A DNA stretch of 62,291 bases, the filler included. It is 2 parts of 2 records of this genome, joined end to end, with 100 filler letters (N's around TTAATTAATTAA, not from the genome) between each part and the next. Parts side by side here need not be neighbours in the genome. Positions count along the whole stretch, not along the records: positions 30,595 to 62,291 come from SRR31156797_120; 1 more part is not named here. The stretch is one strand, 5' to 3'. The position numbers and the translations under genes were made by a program. Positions 37,677 through 47,737 of this stretch are shown here, piece by piece. The notes under the pieces are model-generated. The model searched no databases and was not told the origin of the DNA. It saw nothing but the letters and a program-made list of their open reading frames with translations. Numbering within the stretch: the stretch's first letter is position 1; each line of letters begins with the position of its first letter.

Positions 37677-39257
37677 TCACTTTTTAAAAATTTTTTCTAG
37701 TCCAAAAGGCAGTAAATATTCCCAAGCTAAAGAGTCATGTCCACTAGGAAATTCTTCATATTCAACCTTATATCCTTTTGATAACAAAACATTTTTTAAA
37801 TTTCTGTTTGTAGACAAAATATCTTTAGTTGAATCATTTTCCCCAATTTCAAATTTTCCTGCTGCAAGAAAGAACTCTATTGGCAACTTCTTGCTTTTTA
37901 TAAACTTTTTAGTTAGCCACTCACTTGTATCACGCTCCTTTCCCATCCACCAGTAAGAACCTGATAAACTTAACACTTTTCCAAAGATATTCGGATATTT
38001 GAAAGCTACATATGAAGATGCCAATCCTCCATAACTAGAACCAATCAATGTTGTTTCTTTTGACTCAAATTTCATTTGTGTTTTTTCTTTTATAAAAGGA
38101 TAAAATTCTTCTGCCATAAACTTTGCAAAGTTTTTATTTCCTGACAATTCTAAGGCTCTTGCCTTTGCACTTGGATTATTTATAAAAACAGCTACAACTT
38201 GGGGGATTTTACTCTCTTTTTGCAAATTATTTAATATTGATATACTATCAATACTATTTTGATAAGGTTCCCCATCAAAGAAAACTAAAAGAGGATAAAC
38301 TCTATTTTCTTGATATTCTTTTGGTTTATATATTGTTATTTTTCGTGTATTATTTAATATAGAACTTTTAAAAGAATACTCTTTTTTATCAAAAAAATTG
38401 TATTTAGATTTTTTAGACCAATATTTATATTTATTATCATCAAAAATCACAGTAGAAACTTTATTATATTTATCAAAATTTTTAGTTCTTTCTAATGGTG
38501 TTTTATTTAAAGGGTCAACTTGAAGTTTTGAGATAATTGCAATTTTCTTTTCTCTTGGTGTACCATCAAATGTTGGTACATCTGGAGCAATTTGGTAAGA
38601 CAATATTGTTCCTTTTGGAACCTTGAAACTTTTATACCAAATATCACTATTATTAAGTTTTGCCATCTCAATATGCTTAGAAACAGGAGAACCTAAAATT
38701 TTAACATTGTTTTTTGCACCCTTGTAAAGATATGTCAAAATATATTCTTCCTCAGATTTTTTTTCAACTAAAGGTGTTCCAACTTTTTTTACATAATTCC
38801 AAAATTTTTTTGTATCATTTCCTTTTTGTATTTCATAATATACTTCTTCTATTTTTTTACTAAGAAACTCTTTTTTTGGTATTATTTGTTCTTCTAAAGG
38901 AATTATTTTATTTATTTTTATACTGATTTTGTTTTGTTTATCCAGATTTTTTATTTTTACTTTTAGTTTTGTATCATCTTCAACTACAAAAAAGAATTCA
39001 TCTTTTAAATAATCATCAGGATTTAATTTTCTAATCAATTCATTTTTTGAATTTAAAAGATTAATATAGTCTACATTTGAACTTAAACTATATTCACCTA
39101 CTACATAATCACCTTTTTTGAAATCAAAAACAGCCTCAAAAAGGCTGTTTTTTTTAATATTTTCTTCCACTTGTTTTAAATCAGAAGAAAAAAGGTGAGA
39201 AATAAAAAGTAAGGGGAATAAAATTGCCCCTAGTATTTTTTTAGAATTTATATTCAA
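37677..39257 (-). CDS. fes: Enterochelin-esterase (Fes-like) alpha/beta hydrolase with signal peptide
   Basis: GTPLVE, SYQIAPD, DPLN, FFDG, GSSYGG, SGSYWW, GHD; probable TTG start 39257 after GGAG. Confidence 0.82.
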   Translation of the reverse strand: MNINSKKILGAILFPLLFISHLFSSDLKQVEENIKKNSLFEAVFDFKKGDYVVGEYSLSSNVDYINLLNSKNELIRKLNPDDYLKDEFFFVVEDDTKLKVKIKNLDKQNKISIKINKIIPLEEQIIPKKEFLSKKIEEVYYEIQKGNDTKKFWNYVKKVGTPLVEKKSEEEYILTYLYKGAKNNVKILGSPVSKHIEMAKLNNSDIWYKSFKVPKGTILSYQIAPDVPTFDGTPREKKIAIISKLQVDPLNKTPLERTKNFDKYNKVSTVIFDDNKYKYWSKKSKYNFFDKKEYSFKSSILNNTRKITIYKPKEYQENRVYPLLVFFDGEPYQNSIDSISILNNLQKESKIPQVVAVFINNPSAKARALELSGNKNFAKFMAEEFYPFIKEKTQMKFESKETTLIGSSYGGLASSYVAFKYPNIFGKVLSLSGSYWWMGKERDTSEWLTKKFIKSKKLPIEFFLAAGKFEIGENDSTKDILSTNRNLKNVLLSKGYKVEYEEFPSGHDSLAWEYLLPFGLEKIFKK

Positions 39258-41325
39258 AAGAAACTCCAACACTTCTTGGTGCTCCATATGTAGCATATGG
39301 TTTAATTAGTCCACCATAATATTTTTTATCAAAAACATTATCTACATTAAAAGAAAGTTTCATTGCTTTATTTATTTTATAACTCGCATTTAAATTATAA
39401 ATTGTATATTTTCCTTGCTCAATTGCAGCATTATTTGTTTCACTTCTATAGTTTGCAGATGCCCCTACTTTTAATGCTTTTAAAGTATTTGGAGAATATG
39501 AAACTGAAGCTTTTAACATTTGTCTTGGGATATATAGATTAACTTGTTCATCATCAGCATCTTTGATAGTAAGATTTGTATAGCCTAATGTTGCTTCAAT
39601 TTCATCAGTAATATTTCCTGCAACTTCAAACTCAAAACCTTTTGTTGTAACTCCATCAATAGCTTCATAATAAGATCTACCATCACCTAAATTTCCAACA
39701 TATTCTGCTACATTGTCTTGTTTTGTTTTAAATACAGCAAAAGAAGTATTTAATTTGCCATCAAAGAATGAAGACTTAATACCTGCTTCATAATTTATCC
39801 CCTCTTTTGGATCAAGTTGACTTGCACTTGAGTCTATTTCACTTTGAGGAGTAAATGTTGTTGTATAACTTACATATGTTGATAAATTTTCATTGATTTT
39901 ATATAATAATGAAGCATAAGGTAAAAACTCATTACTATCTTTTTGATATAAATCACTATCATAACTAATACCACTTTTTTCATATGTTACAAGTTTTGAT
40001 CCAACTAAAAATGCTAAATTGTCTGTTATATGAAAATTCGTTGCAGCAAAAACTGATTTTTCTTTTTGTGTCCAATCAGATTTTCTAGAAAAATCATCAA
40101 ATTCAGGAGTTGCAGTAGAACCATCCCAAGTATCTAAATCAACTATTGTTCCATTGTTACTTGTGTCATAAGAGTTTACTTCATTATATTCTTGTCTTGT
40201 ATAATTTAATCCAAATACTAATTCATGCTCTCTATTTAATAAAGAATATGTTCCATCTAATGTGATATCTAAAAGATGTTGTTTTGTTTCATTTTCTGAT
40301 TTAATAAAGTTTTCTAAGTAAGTTTCACTTGGGTTACTTGAAGTATGCCAAACTGTTAACATTTGTGCATCTTGATCAATCTTTTTAAATGCGTATGTTC
40401 CTTTTATATTCCAATTATCAAAAATATTTGAGTCTAATTCTAAAAAGGCATCACTTGTATCAATATTTCTAAAAGACCAAGATGGAGCAGTTGTAGTTGA
40501 GATATCATAATCTCTTACAGCTAAACTATATGCATCGAAACCACCTTGTTCTGTACCGTCATTATCATCAGTATTTTTACTAAATCCAACTGTAGCTTTA
40601 GTATTATCTGTTATGTCCATATCAAACATTGCAGATAAAAGTTTTGTTGTACTTGAGTATCTGTCTTGATATGAATCTGTATCCTCAAACGAACCTATAA
40701 CTCTATATCTAATAGATTTATCTTCATTAAGTGGACCAGAAACATCTGCTTCTACACCTTTATATTTCCAAGAACCAGCTGATAATTTTGTACTAGCTTG
40801 AAAATCTTTTGTAGGTCTTTTTCTAACTAAATTAATTGAAGCAGATGGGTCTCCATGGTTACTTGCAAGACCAGTTGCTCCTCTAGTAACTTCAACATGG
40901 TCGTATAAAGCCATATTTATATCACCATTTATATATATAAATGTTGTTGGTGCTCCAACTCCATCAATAAGAAAATTTGTAATATCAAACCCTCTTGATG
41001 TATAATGAGTTCTGTCTTTTTCAACTTTCTGAACATCAATACCGGTTGCTAAATCAAGAACATCATTTATATCAGTTAAATTAAAATCTTCCATTTGTTG
41101 TGAAGTTACAACAGATACACTTTGAGGAGTATCTATAGGTGCTAAATTCATTTTTGTAGCAGAAGACATTGAAGCAATTGTGTAAGAATTACTATTTTCA
41201 GTAACATCGCTAGATGCTTCAATTGTCACATCAGATAATTTAGTAGTTTCGTCTGCAAGCAGATTTACACTATTTAATATGACAAATGAAGCAATTATTG
41301 ATAACATTTTTTTTTGTGTGTGCAT
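39241..41325 (-). CDS. TonB-dependent siderophore receptor (FpvA/FhuE-like)
   Basis: DTPQSVSVV, SRGF, VEVTRGATGL, INLVRKRPT, DVSGPL, YGAPRSVGVSFEYKF. Confidence 0.93.
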   Translation of the reverse strand: MHTQKKMLSIIASFVILNSVNLLADETTKLSDVTIEASSDVTENSNSYTIASMSSATKMNLAPIDTPQSVSVVTSQQMEDFNLTDINDVLDLATGIDVQKVEKDRTHYTSRGFDITNFLIDGVGAPTTFIYINGDINMALYDHVEVTRGATGLASNHGDPSASINLVRKRPTKDFQASTKLSAGSWKYKGVEADVSGPLNEDKSIRYRVIGSFEDTDSYQDRYSSTTKLLSAMFDMDITDNTKATVGFSKNTDDNDGTEQGGFDAYSLAVRDYDISTTTAPSWSFRNIDTSDAFLELDSNIFDNWNIKGTYAFKKIDQDAQMLTVWHTSSNPSETYLENFIKSENETKQHLLDITLDGTYSLLNREHELVFGLNYTRQEYNEVNSYDTSNNGTIVDLDTWDGSTATPEFDDFSRKSDWTQKEKSVFAATNFHITDNLAFLVGSKLVTYEKSGISYDSDLYQKDSNEFLPYASLLYKINENLSTYVSYTTTFTPQSEIDSSASQLDPKEGINYEAGIKSSFFDGKLNTSFAVFKTKQDNVAEYVGNLGDGRSYYEAIDGVTTKGFEFEVAGNITDEIEATLGYTNLTIKDADDEQVNLYIPRQMLKASVSYSPNTLKALKVGASANYRSETNNAAIEQGKYTIYNLNASYKINKAMKLSFNVDNVFDKKYYGGLIKPYATYGAPRSVGVSFEYKF

Positions 41326-41345
41326 TTTTTAATCCTTTTTTAAAT

Positions 41346-41389
41346 TGATATTGAGTATCATAACTATAATTAATCACATTAAAATCACA
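41346..41389 (-). promoter_or_regulatory. Fur box plus AATCACA direct-repeat activator site
   Basis: TGATATTGAGTATCATAACTA-N5-AATCACATTAAAATCACA; second copy of the block at 37628-37671. Confidence 0.75.
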
Positions 41390-41400
41390 GAGGGCGTAAA

Positions 41401-42117
41401 TTGATAAATTTTGGAAAAGATAATATTTCTATTTTAATTGTTGAAGATGAAATAATTTTAGCACTTGGAATAGAAAATTCTCTAAAATCATTTGGATATA
41501 AAATCAGTGGGATAGAATCATCTGCACAAAAAGCAATAAACCATTGTAATACAAAAATGCCTGATTTGGCGATTATAGACATAAATCTAAAGGGTTCAGC
41601 ACTTTCAGGAATTGATGTAGCAAAAAACATTTGGCAAACACACAAAATACCTATAATTTTTTTAACATCATATTGTGATGAAAAAACAATATCAAAATGT
41701 ATGGAGTGTGAACCTTACAACTACTTAATAAAACCTTGTAAAGATGTTGAGTTAAATGCAGCTATTAGAACAACCATACACAAACACAAATATTTTTTTA
41801 AAAATATTGACACCTTTGATGAAAAAAGTAGTTTAGTACAAATAAATAGTTGTGTGAAATTCCATAAAGGGAAAAGTATCCTTTATGTAAACGACGAGCC
41901 AAAAAAACTAACTGGAAATGAAACAAAACTTCTACAATTATTATGCGAAAATAAAGGAGAAACAATCTCATTTAATAGAATTGCAAACTTTATTTGGAGA
42001 GAAGAGATTTATGATTTAGGAAAGCTTAGAACACTTGTATATAGATTAAAGACAAAAATAGATCAAGATATCATTGAGAATATATTCGAAACTGGCTATA
42101 GACTAAAAGTAGCTTAA
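41401..42117 (+). CDS. Response regulator (receiver plus winged helix)
   Basis: IVEDE, IIDINL, FLTSY, IKP; LRTLVYRLKTK..GYRL; TTG start. Confidence 0.9.
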   Translation: MINFGKDNISILIVEDEIILALGIENSLKSFGYKISGIESSAQKAINHCNTKMPDLAIIDINLKGSALSGIDVAKNIWQTHKIPIIFLTSYCDEKTISKCMECEPYNYLIKPCKDVELNAAIRTTIHKHKYFFKNIDTFDEKSSLVQINSCVKFHKGKSILYVNDEPKKLTGNETKLLQLLCENKGETISFNRIANFIWREEIYDLGKLRTLVYRLKTKIDQDIIENIFETGYRLKVA

Positions 42118-43955
42118 TGTTTAGAAATAAAAAACTCCCTTTAGGCTTGAAAATAGCCTTATCATTTTTTCTTTTCGGTCTTTTTTCTCTTTCAATACTA
42201 TTTTTATTATTAATTCCAAAAATTCAACAAGAGCAATACGAAAATGCACTAAACCAAACAGAGAAAAAAGTACTATTAATAAAACAGCAAATAAAACTGA
42301 TAGTTGAATATTTTTCAGAATATGGAGCATTTAGGAAAGAAGACTCAAAAAAAGAGATTATAAATATACTTGATAAAGTGGCATTAAAATATTCAATTGA
42401 TTCGTCCTACAATGAAAAATCAATAAAAGAGGATTTATCTAAACTATTTCAAAATTATAATTGCAATGTTGATTTAGAAAAAAATGGAAAAATTAAACTT
42501 GATTTAAAAAAACAGAACCAAACCATTCAAGTAGAAAACCCAAATAATCTACATGCAAATAAATGGCATCATTTTGAAGACTTCCATGATCTTTGCCCTC
42601 ACCCAAGTACATTTTTTTATAAAAAGATTATCAATGATTTGCAAATAAATCTACACTGTAGTTCAAACTTTAAATCTGACAATAAAAATATAGAAGCAAG
42701 AGTAAAAAAAATAATGCAAGAAGGTTTTTCTTTAACTCAAGCTTTACATAAAGGAAAAGTATATTTAATGTGGGTAAATAATACTCCTAAAAAAGAAGAT
42801 TTAAATAAAACTTTAGGAGAATTAAAAAACATACAAAATGAAAATTATTGTGTGAGTAAAATCTCAAATTTTAGAACCCCTAAGCTTGGAGAATTAACTT
42901 TAAGAGAGTTATTAAAAGTAGATAACACAAAATACATTTTACATAAAATAGATAATAAAAATAGTATAACTTTTGTAAGCCAAATCTATGAAAACAAACA
43001 TGAAAAGTTCATCTTCGTACTAAGTGCATATGAAGAGGATTTCAAAAACAATCTAAATTCACCTATTTTAAGGATACTTCCTTTATCTATTGTTGCACTT
43101 ATAGTTTCTATAATATGTGGCATTTTCCTATTTAAAAAATGGATTAGAAATATAACAAAAGTAGCAAAAACTGCACAAAAAGTAAAAAATGGGAATCTAA
43201 ATGTAAGAACAAATATCAAAGGTTCAGATGAGATTGCAGAATTAGGTAATACTTTTGATTTGATGTTAGACAATTTACAAGATAATATCAGTAATCTTGA
43301 TAATAAAATAGAAGAAAGAACTAAAGAATTAAAAAAAACAATAGATACAAAAGAGATTTTATTAAAAGAATTAAACCATAGAGTTAAAAACAACTTGTAT
43401 ATGATAATAAATCTTATAAAATTACAAAAATCAAAAGTTACAAAAGAAGATATAGAAGAAGCACTAAATATAATAGAAAATAGAATTTTCACTATTTCAT
43501 TAATACATACAAAACTATTTGAGTTAAGAAATTTTGATTCTATTGATGTAAAAACATATCTAAGCGAATTAATAGAGACAATTACTGGTACTTTTAATAG
43601 CACAGAGAATGTATCAATACAAAAAGACATTAGCAAATGTGAAATTGATGTTGACTTAGCAATGAATTGTGGATTAATGATAAATGAACTAATTACAAAT
43701 AGCTTGAAGTATGCATTTAGTTCATCAAAAGAAAATGCCGAAATAGAAGTTTCATTTAAAAAAGAAAAAGATTATTATCATCTTATATTTAAAGATAATG
43801 GAAAAGGTCTACAAAAAGATTTTGATATAGAAAACACGCAATCACTTGGATTAAAACTTATTTATTCAATATCAACGAGTCAATTAAATGGAGAGTTTAA
43901 GATAGAGAATAAAAAAGGTCTTGCCTTTTTTATTAAAATCCCTATTTTAAGATAA
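42117..43955 (+). CDS. Membrane sensor kinase, HAMP plus HisKA_2
   Basis: Two TM; HAMP DEIAELGNTF; ELNHRVKNNL; NELITNSLKYAF; DNGKG; SLGLKLI. Confidence 0.9.
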   Translation: MFRNKKLPLGLKIALSFFLFGLFSLSILFLLLIPKIQQEQYENALNQTEKKVLLIKQQIKLIVEYFSEYGAFRKEDSKKEIINILDKVALKYSIDSSYNEKSIKEDLSKLFQNYNCNVDLEKNGKIKLDLKKQNQTIQVENPNNLHANKWHHFEDFHDLCPHPSTFFYKKIINDLQINLHCSSNFKSDNKNIEARVKKIMQEGFSLTQALHKGKVYLMWVNNTPKKEDLNKTLGELKNIQNENYCVSKISNFRTPKLGELTLRELLKVDNTKYILHKIDNKNSITFVSQIYENKHEKFIFVLSAYEEDFKNNLNSPILRILPLSIVALIVSIICGIFLFKKWIRNITKVAKTAQKVKNGNLNVRTNIKGSDEIAELGNTFDLMLDNLQDNISNLDNKIEERTKELKKTIDTKEILLKELNHRVKNNLYMIINLIKLQKSKVTKEDIEEALNIIENRIFTISLIHTKLFELRNFDSIDVKTYLSELIETITGTFNSTENVSIQKDISKCEIDVDLAMNCGLMINELITNSLKYAFSSSKENAEIEVSFKKEKDYYHLIFKDNGKGLQKDFDIENTQSLGLKLIYSISTSQLNGEFKIENKKGLAFFIKIPILR

Positions 43956-44501
43956 AAGAGTGTGTTCTATTAAAATTTTTAAACCAATCAAGATTAGAAC
44001 AACTCCTCCAATTTTTTCAGCTTTGTCTTCTAAAAAACTTCCACTTTTTATTCCAACATAATTACCAATAAATGAGAAAACAAAAGTTACAACAGCAATA
44101 ATTATCATAGATAAATATGGATTTAATGCCATTAAATTTAAAGTGAACCCTGCTGCCATAGCATCAATACTGGTTGCTATAGCTAAAATAAGTAAAACTT
44201 TATTTGAGATAATACTTATCTCATCTTCTGTATTTTCTTGAAAACTTTCATATAACATTTTCCCACCAATTAAAGCAAGAAGAAAAAATGCAACCCAATG
44301 ATCTATTGACTCGATTGTATCACCTAAACCTACACTAGCTAAAAATCCTATAAAAGGCATAAAACCTTGAAAAAAACCAAAAAAGATACTAATTTTTATA
44401 GCCAAAAACAAATCAAACTTTTTATTCTTTACACCTAAACCAACTGAAACTGCAAAAGCATCCATTGATAAAGCAAAAGCTAAAAGTAATACTTCAAACA
44501 T
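43947..44501 (-). CDS. mntP: Manganese efflux pump MntP
   Basis: ALSMDAFAVS, DHWVAF, ATSIDAMAAG. Confidence 0.93.
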   Translation of the reverse strand: MFEVLLLAFALSMDAFAVSVGLGVKNKKFDLFLAIKISIFFGFFQGFMPFIGFLASVGLGDTIESIDHWVAFFLLALIGGKMLYESFQENTEDEISIISNKVLLILAIATSIDAMAAGFTLNLMALNPYLSMIIIAVVTFVFSFIGNYVGIKSGSFLEDKAEKIGGVVLILIGLKILIEHTLLS

Positions 44502-44605
44502 ATTTTAATACTCCTAATAAAAAATGAATTATATCAAAATATAAAAAATAATCCTTTAATTCACATAGTGATAAAATAATATTACACATCAAAGGAAAAG
44601 AAATA

Positions 44606-45448
44606 ATGTTTGAACCTTACATTTTCACTGATTACTTATACGCATTTTTATTAACATTATTTGCAGGACTTTCAACTTCTATTGGAGCAATTATTGCATT
44701 TTTTTCAAAGAAAAAAAGTGAGATATTATTATCTTTGGGGCTTGGGTTTTCTGCAGGAGTTATGATATATGTTTCATTTATGGAGATATTACAAAAATCA
44801 GAAGATGCCTTCTTAAAATATTTTCCAACAGGAACTATGGCACAAGGACTATCTGTATCTTGTTTTTTTATGGGAATCGCACTAAGTGCATTTATTGATA
44901 AACTAATACCAGAAGATGTTAACCCTCATGAGCCAAAATCTTACAATGAATTAGATGAATTAAAAGAGAATTCAAAAGATAAAAACATAACTAAATTGAA
45001 AAGAACAGGAGTTTTCACTGCACTTGCAATTGGTATTCATAATTTCCCAGAAGGTTTTGCTACATTTATTTCATCTTTAGATGATTTATCTATAGGAATT
45101 ACAATTGCCTTAGCAATTGCAATTCATAATATTCCTGAAGGGATGGCTGTTTCTCTTCCAATATATCACTCAACCGGAGATAAAAAAAAGGCATTTTGGT
45201 ACTCAACTTTATCTGGCTTTGCTGAGCCGGTTGGAGCTATAGTAGGATTTTTTCTACTCTACCCACTAATGGGAAATGCAACTTTAGGTTTGACATTTGG
45301 TATAGTTGCAGGTATTATGGTTTATATCTCATTTGATGAGCTTCTACCTGCTGCAAGGGTATATGGAAATGCTCACACTAGCTTACTTGGACTTGTTTTA
45401 GGTATGTTTGTCATGGCACTAAGCCTTATACTTTTTCAGAGTATATAA
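44606..45448 (+). CDS. zupT: ZIP-family zinc transporter ZupT
   Basis: FSAGVMIYVS, HNFPEG, HNIPEG, DELLP. Confidence 0.93.
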   Translation: MFEPYIFTDYLYAFLLTLFAGLSTSIGAIIAFFSKKKSEILLSLGLGFSAGVMIYVSFMEILQKSEDAFLKYFPTGTMAQGLSVSCFFMGIALSAFIDKLIPEDVNPHEPKSYNELDELKENSKDKNITKLKRTGVFTALAIGIHNFPEGFATFISSLDDLSIGITIALAIAIHNIPEGMAVSLPIYHSTGDKKKAFWYSTLSGFAEPVGAIVGFFLLYPLMGNATLGLTFGIVAGIMVYISFDELLPAARVYGNAHTSLLGLVLGMFVMALSLILFQSI

Positions 45449-46573
45449 ATATATCACAAAGGCAAACAAAGTGGAAAAAACACCTAAAATTAATATTGAA
45501 TGAATATTAAACCTTTCAATACTTAAACCCGCCAAAAATGCACCTAAAGCAAAACCCAATTGAACAAAAGAACTATTCAAACTTAACAAAATAGAAGCAT
45601 GAGAAGGTACCATTTTTGATAAATTTAATCCTTGTGTTGGTCCAAACATCCATATTGATATATTCCAGATTGTTAACATTACAACAAATATTAGTAATGA
45701 ATTAGAAAATAAGTTCATTAGTATCAAAGATAAAACTATAACTATCATTGTTGAAAATAAAACTTTTGTTACTCCTATTTTATCTGCTAAACTTGCACCA
45801 GATTTAGAACCAATAACACTTGCAATTCCTAGAATTGTGAATATTAATGCAATTGTATGTTCATCAACTCTCTCAATTGAAAATATAAGTGGTGTTATAA
45901 ATGTAGTTATTGCAGAAAAAGTAATAAATGCAAAAACAGTAACACTCAAAGATAAAGAGACTTTTTTATCTTTTAATATAGCTATTTGCTCTTTTATTGA
46001 AGGCATTTTTTGAGGATGTCTATTTTTAAAAGTTAATAAAACTATAATTAATCCTAAAAATACTAAAACACCAACAATATAAAAAATCATTTGCCAATTG
46101 TAAATATTTGCAATCATTCTACCTAACGGAACTCCTGCAACTTGAGATAAACTAAAACCTAAGGCGATATATGACATACCACTTCCTTGTTTACCCTCCC
46201 CAGCTAATCTTCCTGCAACTACATACGCAACAACTACAAATAAAATAGTTCCAACACCTGTAATAATTCTTGCAAAAACCAAAACTTCATATCCTAAATC
46301 TAATGGAGTTAAAAAAGCTCCTACTAGAAATATTGTCAAAGCAAGTAATAATTGCTTTTTTAAAGAGTATTTTGAAACTAATACTGTTAATATTGGTGTT
46401 CCTATTGCACTTGCTAGGGCAAATACAGTTACTAGCTGTCCTGCACTTGAAACTGTGATATTTAAAGAGTCTGCGATTTTATCTAAAACACCTGCAATAA
46501 TAAATTGTGAAGTACCAACTAAAAAACTAATTAAAGTTAGTAGATATATTTTGAGATTGTTAACTTTTAACAT
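45419..46573 (-). CDS. MFS efflux transporter (DHA1, PbuE/NepI-like)
   Basis: 12 TM; AGQLVTVFAL, ARIITG, GVPLG. Confidence 0.88.
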   Translation of the reverse strand: MLKVNNLKIYLLTLISFLVGTSQFIIAGVLDKIADSLNITVSSAGQLVTVFALASAIGTPILTVLVSKYSLKKQLLLALTIFLVGAFLTPLDLGYEVLVFARIITGVGTILFVVVAYVVAGRLAGEGKQGSGMSYIALGFSLSQVAGVPLGRMIANIYNWQMIFYIVGVLVFLGLIIVLLTFKNRHPQKMPSIKEQIAILKDKKVSLSLSVTVFAFITFSAITTFITPLIFSIERVDEHTIALIFTILGIASVIGSKSGASLADKIGVTKVLFSTMIVIVLSLILMNLFSNSLLIFVVMLTIWNISIWMFGPTQGLNLSKMVPSHASILLSLNSSFVQLGFALGAFLAGLSIERFNIHSILILGVFSTLFAFVIYLYTLKKYKA

Positions 46574-46638
46574 AATTATATTACCTTTGATTGAATAAAA
46601 ATTTCTACTGAATTATACAAATAATATTTTTTATCTTA

Positions 46639-46675
46639 TAGAATAATATTGTTATATTATTGCCTATTTCTGCAA
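46639..46675 (-). promoter_or_regulatory. AraC (YqhC-type) binding site of the MFS promoter
   Basis: Minus strand TTGCAGAAATAGGCAATAATATAACAATATTATTCTA, 21 nt before TATAAT; 28/37 identical to 47639-47675. Confidence 0.7.
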
Positions 46676-46707
46676 CTTTTGTTATAATCGATGATTCAGG
46701 AGATAAA

Positions 46708-47619
46708 ATGAATGAAATGATTAACAAATATAGAGAAGAGATTATAAATATAATTTTAAAACAATATGATGAAGAAGGCGTAAAAGATACGAAAATTCCT
46801 TCACTTTACTTTTATAAAACTTCTTCATTATCAGAATTTACTAGTATTGTATATGAACCTTCAATTTGCTTGGCACTACAAGGCTCAAAAGAGATTGAAT
46901 TTGGTAATAAATTTTATAACTATGATGAAAAAAAATATTTACTTTCATCTACAAATATTCCTGCTAAAGTGCGAATAGAAAAAGCATCAATTCAAAACCC
47001 TTATATTTCACTAAAAATAACATTTAGCTTAGAAGAAATATATGATGTGTTAAAAGAAATAGAAAACACAGATACAAAAAAAAGAACAAAAATGAAGAAA
47101 GGCTTATTTTTTGACCAATTAAATACAGATTTATTAAATCCAATTCTTCGACTTTTAAAACTTTTAAATACTTCAGATAATAATATAAAATTTATGGCAC
47201 CTCTAATAAAAAAAGAGATTTTATATATTCTAATAAATGGAGAAAGTGGTGACTTTTTAAAAGAATATGTAAAGGAAGGTACAATAACAAATCAAATTGT
47301 TAAAGTGATTAGTGAGATTAAAAATAATTTTAATGAAACACTAAATATGAAAGAAATTGCTTATAAATTTGACTTAAGTGAGTCCTCTTTGTATCATAAT
47401 TTTAAAAAAGTTACAATGCACAGCCCTTTACAGTTTCAAAAAAAACTTAGACTTGAAGAGGCAAAACACATATTATTAACCCAAAATATTGATGCTTCTG
47501 AAGTAGCTTTTTTAGTGGGATATGAAAGTCCTTCGCAATTTAGTAGAGAATACTCAAGAATGTATGGTCTTCCACCAAAAACTCATATAAAGCAACTTCA
47601 CGGACAAAATTTAGAATAA
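46708..47619 (+). CDS. AraC-family regulator (YqhC-like)
   Basis: YEPSICLALQGSK; SPLQFQKKLRL; VGYESPSQFSREYSRMYG; ATG 46708 after AGGAG. Confidence 0.92.
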   Translation: MNEMINKYREEIINIILKQYDEEGVKDTKIPSLYFYKTSSLSEFTSIVYEPSICLALQGSKEIEFGNKFYNYDEKKYLLSSTNIPAKVRIEKASIQNPYISLKITFSLEEIYDVLKEIENTDTKKRTKMKKGLFFDQLNTDLLNPILRLLKLLNTSDNNIKFMAPLIKKEILYILINGESGDFLKEYVKEGTITNQIVKVISEIKNNFNETLNMKEIAYKFDLSESSLYHNFKKVTMHSPLQFQKKLRLEEAKHILLTQNIDASEVAFLVGYESPSQFSREYSRMYGLPPKTHIKQLHGQNLE

Positions 47620-47638
47620 TCACTTTGTTTTTTAAAAT

Positions 47639-47675
47639 TTGCACAAATAGGCAAGAACTAGGCAAAAATATTCTA
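47639..47675 (+). promoter_or_regulatory. AraC (YqhC-type) binding site of the SDR promoter
   Basis: TTGCACAAATAGGCAAGAACTAGGCAAAAATATTCTA, 22 nt before TATAAT(47698). Confidence 0.7.
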
Positions 47676-47737
47676 CCTTTAAATTTATATTTCAGCTTAT
47701 AATTTTATTTATATTAAAAGATAAAAAAGGTTATAAA

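Noticed and set aside
45419-45448. 30-bp convergent overlap of zupT and MFS
   Set aside because: Short tail-to-tail overlaps are common in compact AT-rich genomes
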